Under the pieces are notes generated by a model. The model had not been told where the DNA came from and ran no database searches. It saw only the letters and a list, made by a program, of their open reading frames with translations. The translations under genes and the position numbers were made by a program. From NCBI RefSeq assembly GCF_009914755.1, contig NC_060929.1: a DNA stretch of 64,000 nucleotides; one strand, written 5' to 3'. This DNA is from the human T2T-CHM13v2.0 reference genome, Homo sapiens. Positions 48,500 to 63,879 of the stretch are shown piece by piece. Each line of letters starts with the position of its first letter. Positions within the stretch are counted from its first letter, which is position 1.

Positions 48500-49480
48500 T
48501 GGGCTGCAGGGACCAGAAGTCACAGGCCTTGGCCCGCAGACCTACGGTCGAGACGGGAGAGCCGGGCCCACGCCACGGACTGCAGCCTGCCGTGGACACG
48601 TGAACTGGGCCAGGCGGCCACGAGGCCGAGGGAAGGGGTGGTGTCCGCACCTGCGGAGCCTTGGAGACATTTCCCCGGGAGATGCCACTTGGGACGCCCC
48701 TCTCTCCCACACCCTCTGCAGGGCGTGGTCCAGGGGGCGTTCCTACGGCAGAGAGGAGGGTGGGGGGTACATGGCCTTCATTTACGTGGGTCTCGAGTCA
48801 CATGGGTGACATTTCTGGTTTTGAGATTATCTGATGGACTTGCTTTCTCACTGCTCAGGTTTTCCCTGGAGACACGAGCTGCGTTTCATCCACACAGCAA
48901 GGCCTGGGGGATGGCAGGTTCCTTTCTATTCTTCCCAATTTTCATTGTCCCCTCAATGCGTCAACATCCACAGGGCTTGCAGAGGCTGTCTCTGAAGCAT
49001 CACGAGCCGGTCCCAACACGAACGTGGAGGAGCACGCAGCAGCATTTCCTGCAACACCAGCCTCGCTTTGCTGGCGCACAGACCCAGGCATCCGGCCGGG
49101 TCCCCGCAGCCCGTGTGCCCGCTCCCGCCTCCGCCAGCAGAGGGAGCGCGCGGCCCCGCCCAGGCACCTGGCGGTGACACCTGCCAGCTTCAGCTCCTGC
49201 CCATCAGCGCTGTGCCAGGGGTGGGAAGGGGTGGTGGTGGTGGCGGGGGCGGTGGGGAAGGGGAGTCGCTCCCTTTACCCCTGCCGTCCCGGGACCTCCC
49301 CGTTTGAGAACCAATCACTGAGCTGAGCGGCGACGCTGGCTTCCCACCGACCACTTCGATTTCACCGGAATGCTCGAGTGGGGCTACAGTTCCACCTGCA
49401 GCCCTGAGAGCTCTCACCTGCCCTCGAGGACGGGTCCTGTGGGCCCGGTGGACTCCCAAAGCGGCGCGCTTCTTAAAGAG
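48500..49480. promoter_or_regulatory. CpG-island-like putative promoter region
   Basis: Only extended GC/CpG-rich non-repeat stretch in the window. CACGTG at 48597, GC box at 49152-49161, NF-Y-type aaCCAATca at 49311, G-run cluster at 49218-49263. Confidence 0.7.
49132..49150 (+). promoter_or_regulatory. CTCF motif
   Basis: CGCCAGCAGAGGGAGCGCG closely matches the core CCASYAGRKGGCR. Confidence 0.65.
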
Positions 49481-51785
49481 TGAGCAGTTCTCTCCCCCTG
49501 GATGCTTCATGCAGGGAATGGAAAACTCCAGAAAACTGAGGGGTCTGGATGGAAGCTTTGGTGGGGCGTCCTCCACCCACCCAGTTTCCATCAATAATCC
49601 CCCACCCCTTACCCAGGTCCCTGCATTGCTTGATTTTTGCTTTTGAGTTTTTCTTTTCTCTGTCCTTATGTCCCTAGTAACTGGATCATAACGATGAATT
49701 GTAAATAACTCAAGCATCGTTCTGTCTCTATTCTTACAAATAACTATACTACAACCACCAAACTTAGGCACCAGAAACTGGGTTGAGCACCAATGTCAGT
49801 GACACGTAGAAGTCATTAGGTTTCTCAGTCCCTAAGATAAAGTGGTCATTTTTTAAAATTATTTTGGTTCATTTCTGACAGACTGCACCGAGTCAACATC
49901 CTGAGAAGTTTCCTAGGTTTCTTTTTTCTGTTTCTTCCTCATTTTTCTGAACTGCAGATAATTCCTCAGCCCCATGACATTGGCTTTTAACTGTGATTCA
50001 TGAGGTAATAAAGGAATCCTTTATTCAAGAAGCCACTTATCCTGCTAAAAATTCCTTCTTTATTAGCTTTCTCATTATGAGCCTCAGCAGTCATCTGTTT
50101 CTTACCAGCCAGATTCCTTATCTCTCCAGAGAGGGATGGGAAAGACATATAAACGGTATAGGAGCCAGATTGGTAATTTGTCAAAAACTCATGAGGAAAT
50201 AAGTCCAACTTCTCGATTATCCTGGGGAATATTCCAAGGCCTGAAGTCTCAGAATACATAGGCAGCACAATGCTGTGTCTCCTGTGAGATGTTGGTTACA
50301 ATTAATCGCCTTGGGTGGGTTTTGGCTTAAGGTATTTGATTTGGAGCAACTCTCCAAATCACAATGGGCAAACTCCCCAAGATCGAATTCATCCAAGACC
50401 TTCCTTGCAGGCAGGCCATAGTCACAGCCTACCTAACTGGGGAAATTGTCAGAGTGCATTTCCCTGTGGATGCTGAACAAAGGACTGAAGGCTCCTCACA
50501 TGACAGAACACAAACTGTGACAAGAAACTGCTCAATGTGTGTCATGTCTGGGCTTAGCCTGATCCTGCATGTGCTCTCTGTGTGCAGGATTCCTTTTATT
50601 TCTGTGGCAATCTCTTCCTCTGACCTTACAGGCTTATAGATGTTCCTGAGTTGATGCATAGCAACCCACAGATGAAAGAGTGGGTGGAGCTGAAATATAT
50701 GGGCAGAAGGTGACAGAAGGTGACTGCTATATCATGGGAGAAGATAATACCCCACATGAAATTATCTGTTTCACCATATACACAGAAATGGTGCATATCT
50801 GCTAGAAAGCCAATTAGTGATTCAGGAAGTCAGTCCCTCTCTCTTTCTCTCTTGAAATTTAGGGTATATTATATTTTATTTTTTCCATTTCCAACTGATT
50901 ATAAGAAATGGAAATGAGACCTTTGTATAATTTTTCTCTCTTATCTCTGCTCCGACTCATGACAGATCCTGGGCACTGCTTACAAGACTAATGAAATCTT
51001 TCAAAGTTTCTTTTGGGCCCCAAATTTAGAAAGCTGTATTTTTCATGGAATGCCAACCAGGAAGTCATTGGCATGGCACACACAGGCACGTTCCACAGCA
51101 AGTGATCAGCAGACCCCTTTTCTTCCATCTGGGGGGCGTGGGACTCCATGTCAGCCTCCTGTCTTCTGCTTTTAAAGATCTTGGTCTGTCAGGACAATAG
51201 ACATCATCCCAGTGGGACCCTGTGCAGGCACCTGTCATCTCTTTGACTCTGCAAAAGTGAAAAAAGATACAATTTCCTTAAGGAGCTGATCTAACAGAGA
51301 ATAAAGACCTAGACATATAAAACTTTCAAATACAAACATGATAGATCATTCATTTGTACTCTATTGGCACCTGAATATCAACTGAATGAATGAAGAAAAG
51401 TGGATATCCAACCAAGTAGATGTCTCCGGGAAATAGATATCCAATTAGTCACAGCACAAAGAAATGTAAGCAAAGTCAATTCTTTGAATCCACTTCTTTT
51501 AAACTCTGGAATAATTGTGTGTCAGAACATATTTGTTAAATATATAGGTGAAGAAATAATAAACCACAAGTGAATACAGAAAATCATAGGCAACAAATGG
51601 GAAATCGAGCTCAGTATAACTTAGCAAAAGTACTTCCTGAAAGAAGGGGCATTAGAGAGTTATAAGATGGAAAGGCAGATTGAAAGGAGCATGAATATTG
51701 GCACAAAATTATGATAACATGGATTGGCAGAGGGAGCAGTAGCAGACACGCAGATCAAGGTACTGCAGTCATATAGTGCTTCTTA

Positions 51786-52160
<375 letters not shown>

Positions 52161-52689
52161 AAGATATTACAAATAATAAGGATAAACCAACTGTTCTAAA
52201 AAAACTGGTGAATGTGAATCTCCAAAGAAAAATAAAAGACAAAATTTAGAAAACTTGTTTGACCTCCAGAACTCCTTTTCTCAAAGCTTCTTGTAGGACC
52301 CATATTCTGTGTAAAATGCTTCAGGAAATGTTGACTAGACTTTCCCATCCATTGAGGATGGGAAAGGAGTGGAGGGTGCATGTCTGAGAACTGCTTCAGT
52401 GGTGTCACCAACAGGATGATAGAAACTTTCATGGGGTGGAGGGATAGAGAATTCAAACATGGTGGATCTGGCCGGGAGCACAAGGAAGGGTTTTGCTGTG
52501 TGGCTGTCGGGCCCTGCCCGTATCTCTGTACACCTCTCCCTTCTGGTTCACACCACTTCCCTCCTCTTGAAACACCTGTGACTCCTTCTCTGGTGGTTTT
52601 CTCTGGTCACAAGTGTGCACATGAGACTATGTCAGCTAGTCAATGTCCTTGAAGTCCGCTTCCAGAAAATGAAGAAAGGAGTGGGTGGT

Positions 52690-52930
52690 CAGCTGACAGT
52701 TTTCTCATCCTGCACATGGTCCACGGGGTCTCCCAGAGCCCCCGGGGGATGGAGTCCCTGAGGTCCACAGCTGTTGCTCAGCAATGCCCCAACCCTGCGT
52801 TGACCTTCTCCCCTCCCTCTCCCAATTCCTGTTCCCTTCTTCATGCTTCCTCGACTCAGCTCCCAAATTAGCCATTTACCCCCAAAATCTGATCTCAAGA
52901 TCTACTTCTGAGAGAACCCAAATTAAGACA
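52690..52930 (+). mobile_element. LTR16-family fragment
   Basis: Ends ...tctcaagatctacttctgagagaacccaaattaagaca. Confidence 0.55.
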
Positions 52931-53944
52931 GATGCTTAACCGGAAAAGGGAAATATTCATTATTTTCATCGCGATTCCTGCCTACTCTATTTTTTTTTCT
53001 TTAAAAGTGCTCCAATTCACCTCTGTATCTGCCTGCCTATTTATCCATCTATCATTTGTCAATGAGGCATCCATCTATCTGAACTCTCTATCATCTGTAT
53101 ACCTATGAATCAAGCTAAAGGATAAATTAAATATTCAAAATGTTAACTATGGTCATCACTGGGGCACATGGGTTAAGAATTGACTGAGCATGTGTACCTT
53201 TGAGTGTTATTTCAGCTCTCTAAAACAGACACATACTTACTTTTATATTTAGGGGGAAACCATAAATTCATTTTTAATGCTTATCTTAAAAACTAAAGAT
53301 CTCATACTCAACTTCCACACTCCATTGGCACACTCTTATTTGGAAGGAATGACAACATAAAGGCATGTACTCAGCTTGTTTTTTCGTTAAAAATGTAATT
53401 TTCCTTAACAGATAAAAAAGACGGAGAAAGGAATAATCCAGCATTTCACTGACTAGCTGATGTGAGCTGCTAAGAAGGTGGTGAAGCCTGTTTCATTAGT
53501 TTCTGTGTGGGATAGCTCCCCTCTCCTGCTATTTGAAGACATTTACTACAGGAATGCATGCCTTCATCGCTCTGCCTTCACTATGAATTATGACTCACCC
53601 TCGCCCACACAAATCCTCTAAGCAGCTTTGGTTTGCTTCTCAATCAGTGACATCTTAGTACCCAGTACCGTAGCCTACCTCATTAAAACACCGTCACCAA
53701 GATGCTGTTACATTTAACTTAAGGATTGAATGTGATGTATCTTTGTCAGAAAGATCATATTGATTAACAGGGCACAAGAAATTATGCATATATGATGAAG
53801 TGCCAGCTTCCTACCTGACTTGGTCTGATCTTGAGGGCAGGAAGATGCACACAGTGTAATATTTCTCCAGACTGTGATTCAGTGTGGATTCCTAGGCGGT
53901 CCTAAGGAGCACAGCCAGGGCAGCCACTTCCCGATGTTTCCCAT

Positions 53945-53946
<2 letters not shown>

Positions 53947-53986
<40 letters not shown>
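53947..53986. repeat. (GT)~20 microsatellite
   Basis: Visible directly in the sequence. Confidence 0.95.
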
Positions 53987-53988
<2 letters not shown>

Positions 53989-54834
53989 CACAGGTGGGCT
54001 GAAAATCTCAGATAATCGATGGGGGTTGGGGAGCCAGGCATCAGCAGGTCCTCAGCTAACACTAAGGCCTGAGGGAAGCACCACAGAGAGATTTAGTAAC
54101 AAGGAGCGAGAATGTGGTGAGAAAAGGCCTCAAACATGAAACATGCAGCATGGCCTGTCTGCTGCCATCTCCCTGGGAAGGGCAGTGAGAAAATGCTTGT
54201 GGGGAGGGGAGGGGAGCCTGCAGCCAGGCAAGGATTGACTTTGATCACCTTTTCCACCATCCTCCCAGAATGTGACTCTTGTTACCTTCAGAACGACAAC
54301 AGTGGTTTCACTCTCTCTAAAGAGAATTCAGACACCACTTCCCCATGACAGCAGATCAATATGACAAACAGCCAGTCTTGATAGAGATGTGTCCAATAAT
54401 CCTTTGGAAGTGGAGACTAAACACTTGAAGCCTGCTCCTCCTACACCAGCCCCTCAAAGGCTCGGGGGGGTTTTAGTACATGGAAAACCCCTGCCTCCAA
54501 GACCACATTGAACAGCGTTGGAACTCCCTGGCCTGAGAAATTAAAGTGTTGTGTTCTGTATAAATGGCATTGAGTGTTCAGGTCCTGACCTCCTTTTCCA
54601 CAAAAGGAAGGCACTTTTCCAGAGTGCCTTCCTCTTTCCAAACTCCATTCTTGGCCCCAGTCCTCTCCTCGTCCATTGGCTCCATTGTCTTTCTGCTTCC
54701 CTTCATCTCATTCAGGGAGAAGGACTGCTGGGGAGTCGGGAAGCAAGAGGAGGCAGCTACAGCCCTCAGACTGATTCACTCCGGTGGCTGCACACTGGGT
54801 CTGACTAAGGGCACTTCATGCCAAGCCACCCTTT

Positions 54835-55270
54835 GCTGAGTCCTGCTCCATTTGCCCCTGTAGATCTAATCTCTTCCTGCCTCCATCCTGTGCCTGGCTC
54901 CAAGGATCCCAAGCCCACCCTTAGCCAGCTGCCTTGCCCACTGGCTTCCTGCTGAGTGTCATCACTGGAGACATTGACAGGAGAATGGGGACTGGCAAAG
55001 GATCCGATGGGGCTCTTTCTCCTCCCACTCCCTCTCTGCTATGGAGCCAGGGGTTCTGGCACAGCATCAGCGTTAGGTTTGGAACTGCTATTGGACGGAC
55101 CCTCCTCTACATCCTTAGCTCCTTTGACCATCTCAGATGACACTTCTTGGCCTTGCTTCTGTAGTTGCGAGCACCAAGTGTCTCTGGGTCCCTAGTAGGT
55201 TACCTGGATTCTGCTTGTATACCCATGAGCAGTCCCCCTGGTTAGACTTTCTTAGTCTAACCCTGTTGGG
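54835..55270 (+). mobile_element. LTR33-like
   Basis: tgctgagtcctgctccatttgcccctgtagatct resembles the LTR33 5' end. Confidence 0.55.
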
Positions 55271-56066
55271 CAGAGCCTTCTTACTTGGAGAGCTTCAGCC
55301 TAATGGCGTCATTTGCCTCATGGTCCTTTGTTTCATGGCAGGTGGAACCAGCCCAAGTTTGGGGGCATGGAGGAAAGATGAGCGGACTTCCGTTCAGTCC
55401 CCAGCCTGGATTCCTTGTTTAAGCATAAGGGCTGTCATTTTTCTTGAGCTAGAAGCATCAGCTGACATAGATTCCTCAATTTCCTTTTTACACTTCAAAA
55501 ATGATTCCAAAGAAGACTGCCTAGAAACAACATCAGCACTGGTGTTGGTTGGGGGGTGGATTTTCTCCACGCCCATTCTCCAGGTGAGGGGCTTGTGGTT
55601 CCGCAAGTGTTTTGGTAAACTCAGCTAGCTGGGGCACAACCGGATGGTGGCCAGAAGCCCATCCCACCCTGCTCTGCATCAGCCACTGAAACAAAGAGCC
55701 ACAGGCTGCTGCCCTGGGAATTCACCCGTCAGCTGTTTCTTAGTTTTTCCTGCTTACTCCTCTTTGCAGAAAGAGACAAGAACAGATTCCCCGGCAATTT
55801 GTGTGGTTGCTTTAGGGAGCAGAACTAGTTAGGCTGCTCACATTTCCCTCCAAGACCTAAACAGGGGAGGAGGGACAGGGGAGGATGACTGGACATTGGC
55901 CATTACGACTGCCACGCTCCTCACACTCAGGAACTCTGCAACGAGCATGGCACCTGCACTCTCTTGCACGCTCTAGTGCAGTTCTTATCTTGTTTCCTGT
56001 AACTCTGGAATTAACATCACCACCCATCCCAGCCACACCCAAGTGTCATTCTTTTGTTGTTGTTGT

Positions 56067-56344
<278 letters not shown>

Positions 56345-57400
56345 CAAGTATCATTCTTGAATCTTCCCTCTATTTCACTACCCACATCAATCAGCAATTG
56401 ACTTTTGCACCTTCCACTTCCTCAACCTTCTTGCATCAGACTCACTTCGCCCATCCCCACCAACGCTACCAGAGCTTAGCTGACCCCTATTCTTCCTGGA
56501 CTGCCACTACACTCTTCTTCCTTGCTGGTATCCTTGACTGCTATCTTGACCTTCAACATCATTCTCCATGTTGCTATTAGTCTGATATCTGCCTGCACCT
56601 CATCACTCCACCCTGTAACTCAACGCCTTTCAATGGCAAGTCTTAAACTAGCTGCCAAGGCATACAACGCCCTCTCCATCGACCCCGCTGGCCAGCTGGG
56701 ACACTCACTGGCCACTCCCTTCTCCCACTTCCTGCTTTCACTCCTGGCTGTCTTCAGACTCCCATGCCCGAAACAAAATAATTCTGCACAATCAATTCTT
56801 CCGCTTTGTCGTTTTTTTCTAACTTACTTAACTGTCTCCTCCCCCAAACAGAATAAGTCATGTTTTTAAGATATTAACTTGACCTAGCTTCAGCCCTGAC
56901 CATGTGAACTCCCCTTGAATCAACTGTAATCCTCAAGTGGACGGTCCTCCCCTAAAGCAGGGATTAAGCCCGGAAGGGGAAGAGTAGTCAGGAGGGTCAG
57001 AAAAGGGTAAGGAGATTTTGATATGTAAGCTTCCACATCAATCACAAATGCAAATTCTGTCTCTCACTCTATCTCAAATGAAAGGATTTTGTTAATCAAA
57101 TGGCTGCCAACTATCATCCTGATGTGAATAATCTGTGCATGTGTGTGTGAGAGAGGACAAGCATTTCTCACAAAGCAGCCCTGGATATCTCCTCGGCTTA
57201 ATACACCCTACCCAGCCTGTCATGGGCTGCAAGTGCTTTCTTATCCTTTAAGACCATACAATCTGCCACCAAAGCATTTCTGCATATCTCTGCAACAGAA
57301 TTCACTTATTTATTCATTCAGTCCATGCCATCCCACTTCGCTAGTGCTTATTGTCCTTCTCCCATTATAACCTGTGTCTGCCCACCTTAAAAGCCCCTAT

Positions 57401-57723
<323 letters not shown>

Positions 57724-57855
57724 TCACCTTGACACAGTCGACAAGGGCTCACATGGACCAGTCCTTCCCTCATCTCTAACCTCACCCTAGCAGCTACACA
57801 TATCAGTCTGATATAGTGCTTAGATAAGAAACCAGTTCATTCATAGATTATAGTA

Positions 57856-58392
57856 CAGGAGTCCCCAACCCCCAGGCCATGGACCAGTACCAGTCCACGG
57901 CCTGTTACAAACCCAGCCGTACAGCAGGAGGTGATGGCAGGTGAGCAAGTGAAGCTCCATCTGTGTTTACAGCCACTCCCCATCACTCACATTACCACCT
58001 GAGCTCCACCTCCTGTCAGATCAGCAAGGGCATTAGAGTCTCACAGAAGTGCAAACCCTCCTGTAAACTGTGCATGCAAGGGACCTAGGTTGCATGCTCC
58101 TATGAGAATCTAATGCCTGATGATATGTCACTGTCTCTCATCAGCCCCAGATGGGACTGTCTAGTTGCAGGAAAACAAACTCAGGGCTCCCACTGATTGT
58201 ACATTATGGCGAGTTGTATAATTATTTTCTTATATATTACAATGTAATAATAATAATAGAAATAAAGTGCACAATAAATGTAATGCATTTGAATCATCCC
58301 AAACCATTTCCATCACCTCCCCTTCCCCATTGCATGAAAAAATTGTCTTCCATGAAACCAGACCCTGGTGCCAAAATGGTTGGGGACCACTG
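57856..58392 (+). mobile_element. MER1A (hAT-Charlie) DNA transposon
   Basis: TIRs caggagtccccaacc/ggttggggaccactg; 8-bp TSD ttatagta/ttctagta. Confidence 0.9.
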
Positions 58393-59249
58393 TTCTAGTA
58401 TATAGATTACATATAGATTACAGGGCACAAGAAAAGGCTCACCACAAATCGTGGAGAAAACAAAGATCACTTGGTATGTACTTTCGTCTTTTTTCATTTT
58501 TATACACTTTTTAGCTGTTTAGAAGAATCTCAATGAGTTATCAACTCACACCATGTATTTAATATAATTCCAATAAATTAAAAAATTAAATTCCAATTTA
58601 AATATGAATTTATAAATGAGAACACATTTCAATGAATTTTAAGTGAATTTACATTGAATCTAAGCATGAATGAGAATGTATCAGTCTAATAGTAAAATAA
58701 GAAAACATAATAGTGCAAATCATTGGATTTAGTTAGATAAGATTTTGCACAGTATAGGCTACATTTAAGGTAAAATTAAAGAACCAAAATATCGTGAGTG
58801 AATATTTGCAGTTTTGATAAAGAATTTACGACTTTAACTATGCAAGAAATTTATAAACATTGATTAAAAATGCACTAACATCTCTCTAGAACAGTGCTCA
58901 GCTTGTGAAGTGCTCTACAATAAAATTGGCTCTTTCTTATTTGTGTCATTGTTATTGTTAATATTATTATTATTAAAGTATGGGCAGAGAATACCAAGTC
59001 CAGAGGTCATAAAAATAAGGGTGGAACACATAAAACCATGTCCATCCTCACTTGTAATCAGTGAACTCGAAATTCTTAACAGACAAATATTTTGTCTACC
59101 CATTTGTTAAGATTTAAAAATAAATATCAGTCCCAAAAAAAGGCTATTCACTCAGTGGTAATAATTAATGTCGTTCACCAAATGGTTTTCTGTTTCATGT
59201 TTGTTTGTTTGTTTGTTTTAATTCTTCAAGCCTTTAAAAAAGCTTTTCA

Positions 59250-59565
59250 CCCTTGAAGGTAGGTGTGGCCAAGTGACTGACTCTGAACAAGGGAGTGTGG
59301 GCAGAAATGATGTGTGCTCCATGTGGCCAAACCTTTAAGAGCCTATTAAACTTAAGGCAAGGTCCTCTTCCCTAGCCACAGTCAGAAACACATTTGCCAT
59401 GGAGCTGCCCTCACTCTGGGCTCCTTGATGACAATGAGGAACAGAGAAAGCCTGCCAATTGCAGTGCACATGTAACATGGACAAGAGAAGAACCTTTTGC
59501 GTGTTAAGTTGCTGAAACAGCAGTGTTTGTTACTGTCCTGAAAATTAGCCTGTCCTGCTTGATAA
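59250..59565 (+). mobile_element. Old MLT1 LTR
   Basis: gtgggcagaaatgatgtgtg...gtgtttgttactg...cctgtcctgcttgataaca. Confidence 0.6.
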
Positions 59566-59899
59566 CACCCTTAGGGGAAATGAAATTTGAAGATGTCCTC
59601 CTTGAAAGTAACTTGGCAATATATAACAAGGCTTTAGAGCATCTCAAATTTGCATTGACTGTTTCCCATTATCATTCATTCATTCATTCATCCATTCAGT
59701 CATACATTCATTAGATATTTTACAAGATTGCCATATCTGTATAAGGAAACTTAGTAGGTTCAGGAGAAACAAATGCAGCAGAACAGATAGGTGCCAGCAC
59801 AATCTCTTCAAGCAATTTCATTTGAGAGATTCTTTTATAAGGAAGAGTTAGAAAATATAATTAATAAATAAGTAAACAAAAAATCATGCAAAAAGCATA

Positions 59900-62800
59900 T
59901 TAATATATTGAGTAGTCAGATACAAGGTATATATCCAAGTAGAGGAGAATATTAAAATCAATTTTTTTCTGTCCATAGAATGGAATGTTCTGTCATTTAA
60001 ATTATAATTTTAATATAATATTTATGAATACAGCAAATACTAGTAGTATAATAATTAATGAAGAAAGGAAAATAGCATTCAAAGTGTAGCATAGTCTAAA
60101 TGTTATAAAAGTATATGCATATATTTTTAAATGAGGTAAAGTTATACATAAAATTATTAAAGTTGAATATCTTCAGATAGAAAAAAGACTTAAATTTTTT
60201 TCTTTATATCTTTTGTATGCAAAAGTTTAATAATAAACTTGTATTTTTTAATAAAATTAAGAAAATAAAAGCCATTAAAAAACTTTCCACCAACTTTAAG
60301 GGCTCTTGTGAGAAAAAATTAAATTACCTTTTAGAATGCTTACAATTTATGCATAACAAATGCAACATTAAAAACAAAACACGGGCCTAACTCCAAAAGA
60401 AACATAAGGATTAAAAAATAAATTGTAGTCTGATCCAAAATGATAAAACAGTTTATGAAAAAATATTTCTAATGGCTGAGCTCCCTAAAAAAGAAATGGG
60501 CTTTTATCCAATCGTTCTATAATAAGCAAATGAAGTATAACATTTGCATAATAATAGTCAACACTCAGCCAGTTCTCCATTTTAAAACTGAGAACACTGG
60601 GCAAATGGAGAGATAATAACTGTTCTTTGCTATAACCATAGTGAAATCAGTTTTCAGTGATCCACAGGAATGAAAGAAAGTGAAGGTTTTTTCTTCTATT
60701 GTTAATGAGATTGTGCTGAAATTAGCCACTTTGAAATTGTTTTTGTAGGACAGGAATGGAAAAAGGAGTAGCAACAGGTGCCATATATTGCTATAAACTG
60801 CTGTTGCTGTGGTTGTTTTTGTTGTTGTTCTATACAGTTCCTAAAATATTTGCATTTATTATTTTGGTGAAAAAGAAAAGTAGTCGACATGAATATAGAA
60901 TGGTAAGCCTTCAATGTCATTTGCCGCATTGATAGGGAGAAACAACATACTCTCTCATCTCAGTAAACAAAAGAAAAAGATTTCATGGCCTATAGATAGT
61001 CATTAATCATTACATAAGCAAATAAATCATAACATAGGAGAAATGAAAGGGCTCTTCTTTATCATGGTAATAAAGCATATCTACTAAAAACCTATAACAA
61101 ATGTCAAACTTTGTGGTGAAATATTAGAAGCATTCAATTAAAATCAGAAATAAGACCAGGTTGCCAGTGTCACACCAGTATTTAAGATGGTACTTTGTTG
61201 TTCTAGTGGAAAACAATAAGAAAAGCTTTTAAAATCTATGAGAGAGGAGGAAACAATCTTGTCATGTGAAGAGTATATATTTATTTTCACAGAAAATTCA
61301 AGCAAATCAATGGTCAGAATTTTAGAAGCAATGCAAACTGCATAAGACTGATGGCTACCAATTAACATTTAAATATTAATATTTCCTACACACCAGAAAT
61401 AAAGAAATTTTAAAATAAATATATCAATAAATAACTATAGTATTATATTAAAATATATAAATAGATATAGTATTATATTAAAATATTATATATAATATAT
61501 AATATAGTATTGTATTAAAATATATAAATATAGTATTAAATTAAAATATAATATATAATATATAATACAGTATTATATAAAAAATACTGTTTATGGCAGA
61601 AAAATACACACAAAAAATCTACCTCATGAGATTAAAATAAAGCTAAAAAAGTATACCTGTATTAATTATGAAAAAAATGTGAAAGATAAGATCCAAATAA
61701 ATGAAAACAATCCTATTAAGATGATAAGAAGGCCTCATATGGCCAATGTACCAATTTTCCCCAAATGCACCTGTAAATTCAAGACCCCAGCAGTCATATT
61801 TTTGTGAAAGCTTACAAGTAAATGGAAACATTTCTGCAGAAAGTTAAAGGTGCACAAATAAATAAGATGTTTTTGAAGAATCAGAACTGATAGAGAAACT
61901 GTCACATCAGATATGAAGACCTGTTATGAAACTATGTGGTAAAACCACATGGTATTGGGGAACGAGTTAGCAAAACAGAGAGGAGAATGGTGGAGTCACG
62001 CGTGTGTAGAGTTGTGGTGTATAAGGAATGTGGCATCACAGGCCAGTGGGGAAAAAGACCATTTCAATGAACAGAATCAAATACATTGACTCTCCATTCA
62101 GAATAATAAAATAAGATGCCCAGTTTGCAGAATACACAAAAAATCCATCCCAGTTGAATAAATAAACTAAATGTGAAAAAGAACTCCAAGAAAATCCTCT
62201 CCATCCCGATGTTACAAGGTTATTCTTCTATAGTTTGTTCTAATTATATAAACTGTACGAAAGTACTCTCACACAATGAAAATGTTATAAACTTGATTAT
62301 TTTAAAATATAAAACTTCTGTATCTCCAATGACACCATAAATGTTTAAAATGCAAGTGAAAGGCTGTGGAAGGATAATTTTAATGTATATTATAGGCAAG
62401 AGATACATATGCATAACAGATGAACTCGTAGAAATCATAGGAAAAGTGTATAAAGCATCAACTCACAGAAGAAATCTCTTAACGTCGATGAAAATATGTT
62501 CTACTTCACTGACAACCAGAGAAATGCACATTAGAACAGCAAGAAAATGTCATTTGTACAAAAGAGAGATTGACAAGGAGTAAAAAGTGTGATAGAGTCA
62601 TGTGTTGGCCATACAGCGAGGAACATGGACTTTTGTGCTCTCTCTGTGGGGAGCTGACATAGTACAGCTATTTTGGAGACAGTGTGTCAGCATCTTGAAA
62701 AACCGAAATGTGCTTATTCTGTAAGCGAGCAATTCCACTTCTGGATATGTGGATGAATTATTGCATTTGAATACAGGAGATATGCATAAGAATGTTTATT

Positions 62801-63300
62801 GTAACATAATTTATAATCATGAAGGGTTGAGGACAAACCAAATGTCTATCAATTGGATAAACTATATGGTACCAGTTATAATGCATGGACTCTGCCACCA
62901 TATTTCTCTCTATATATTAGTGTAGAAATATCTCAAAAGCAAAATAGAGAATGAAAATGAAAAATGAACATCACTAAGTATGGTGTCGAGTCCTCAAAAA
63001 TTGATAATAGATGCAAAATAGTATGTAATATTAGGAGTGCAACATATGTATCTATAAATATAAAAGAGACTAGAAGAGTATACTTTTGTTTGTTTGTTTT
63101 TGTAATGATGTCTGACCCTTAGTACAGAAGGTGGCAGTAGACGGGACTAATTTTAGCTATATCTTTAACATTTTATGTCTTTAAGTAGACTGCAACCCAA
63201 TAGTATACAAATGTCCTCGTTAACCATAAAGGGTAGAAATATGGGATTCTGTTTTCTTATGCTTGGTAGTTTTTCTATTTTTAAATTTAAAGAATTTATT
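59900..63300 (+). mobile_element. Old L1M (L1MC/ME-type) fragments with AT-rich low-complexity insert at 61420-61590
   Basis: Degenerate ORF2 motifs (aaaatcagaaataagac, gcaattccacttctgg, aaaccaaatgtctatcaat). Confidence 0.6.
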
Positions 63301-63879
63301 TTAAAAAAGGGCCTCTAATTATGAAAACAATGCCATGTTGATGTGGCTTAACTGAGCCTGTTCTTCTCTCTAATGTCTTCATGTACTTGGTTTTCATGCC
63401 TTTGATCTTCCAGTCGTCCTTAATAAAACTTCAAAGTTATGTTCAAGTCATTTAAACTAGTCAGTAGGCATCTGAGAAAGGGAAACTCAATTGGAGTCCT
63501 GGGGCTTTAAAATATATTTAGCTTTGATAACATCTTGTTCATGAGTCCTTTCATCTCCAAAATATTAAGCTCTTCAGACATGTTAGCTCAAGGGTCCCCA
63601 AACTCCCCCTGCAAAGTGAGATATTGGCTGCTCTTATTTAGAAGAATCCAAACAATGATAAATTTTGATACTATATAAGTCAGGAAAAGGTAGGACTAAG
63701 TCTGCAGGTTAATGATATCCAGAATAGGTAGACATGTAATTTGGGTTAATTCTCCTCTCTTCATTCACAGTTCCATGTCCATCTTCTTCATTATTTATGT
63801 TTACTTTCTCAATTCATAGTTCCATAATCAACTTTGTAGCTCTTTCCTCTTAATCACCTTGTAGCTGTGTTTTGGAGGA

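Noticed and set aside
48458-49177. Longest ORF (239 aa, plus strand)
   Set aside because: Non-ATG start, lies in GC-rich stop-poor island, Arg/Pro/Ala-rich with no recognisable domain; expected by chance
49190-49771. 193-aa minus-strand ORF with polyproline
   Set aside because: The polyproline derives from the GGT/G-run tract; no recognisable homology
61420-61590. AT-rich quasi-tandem (tatagtattatattaaaatat) repeats
   Set aside because: Ordinary low-complexity expansion within old L1
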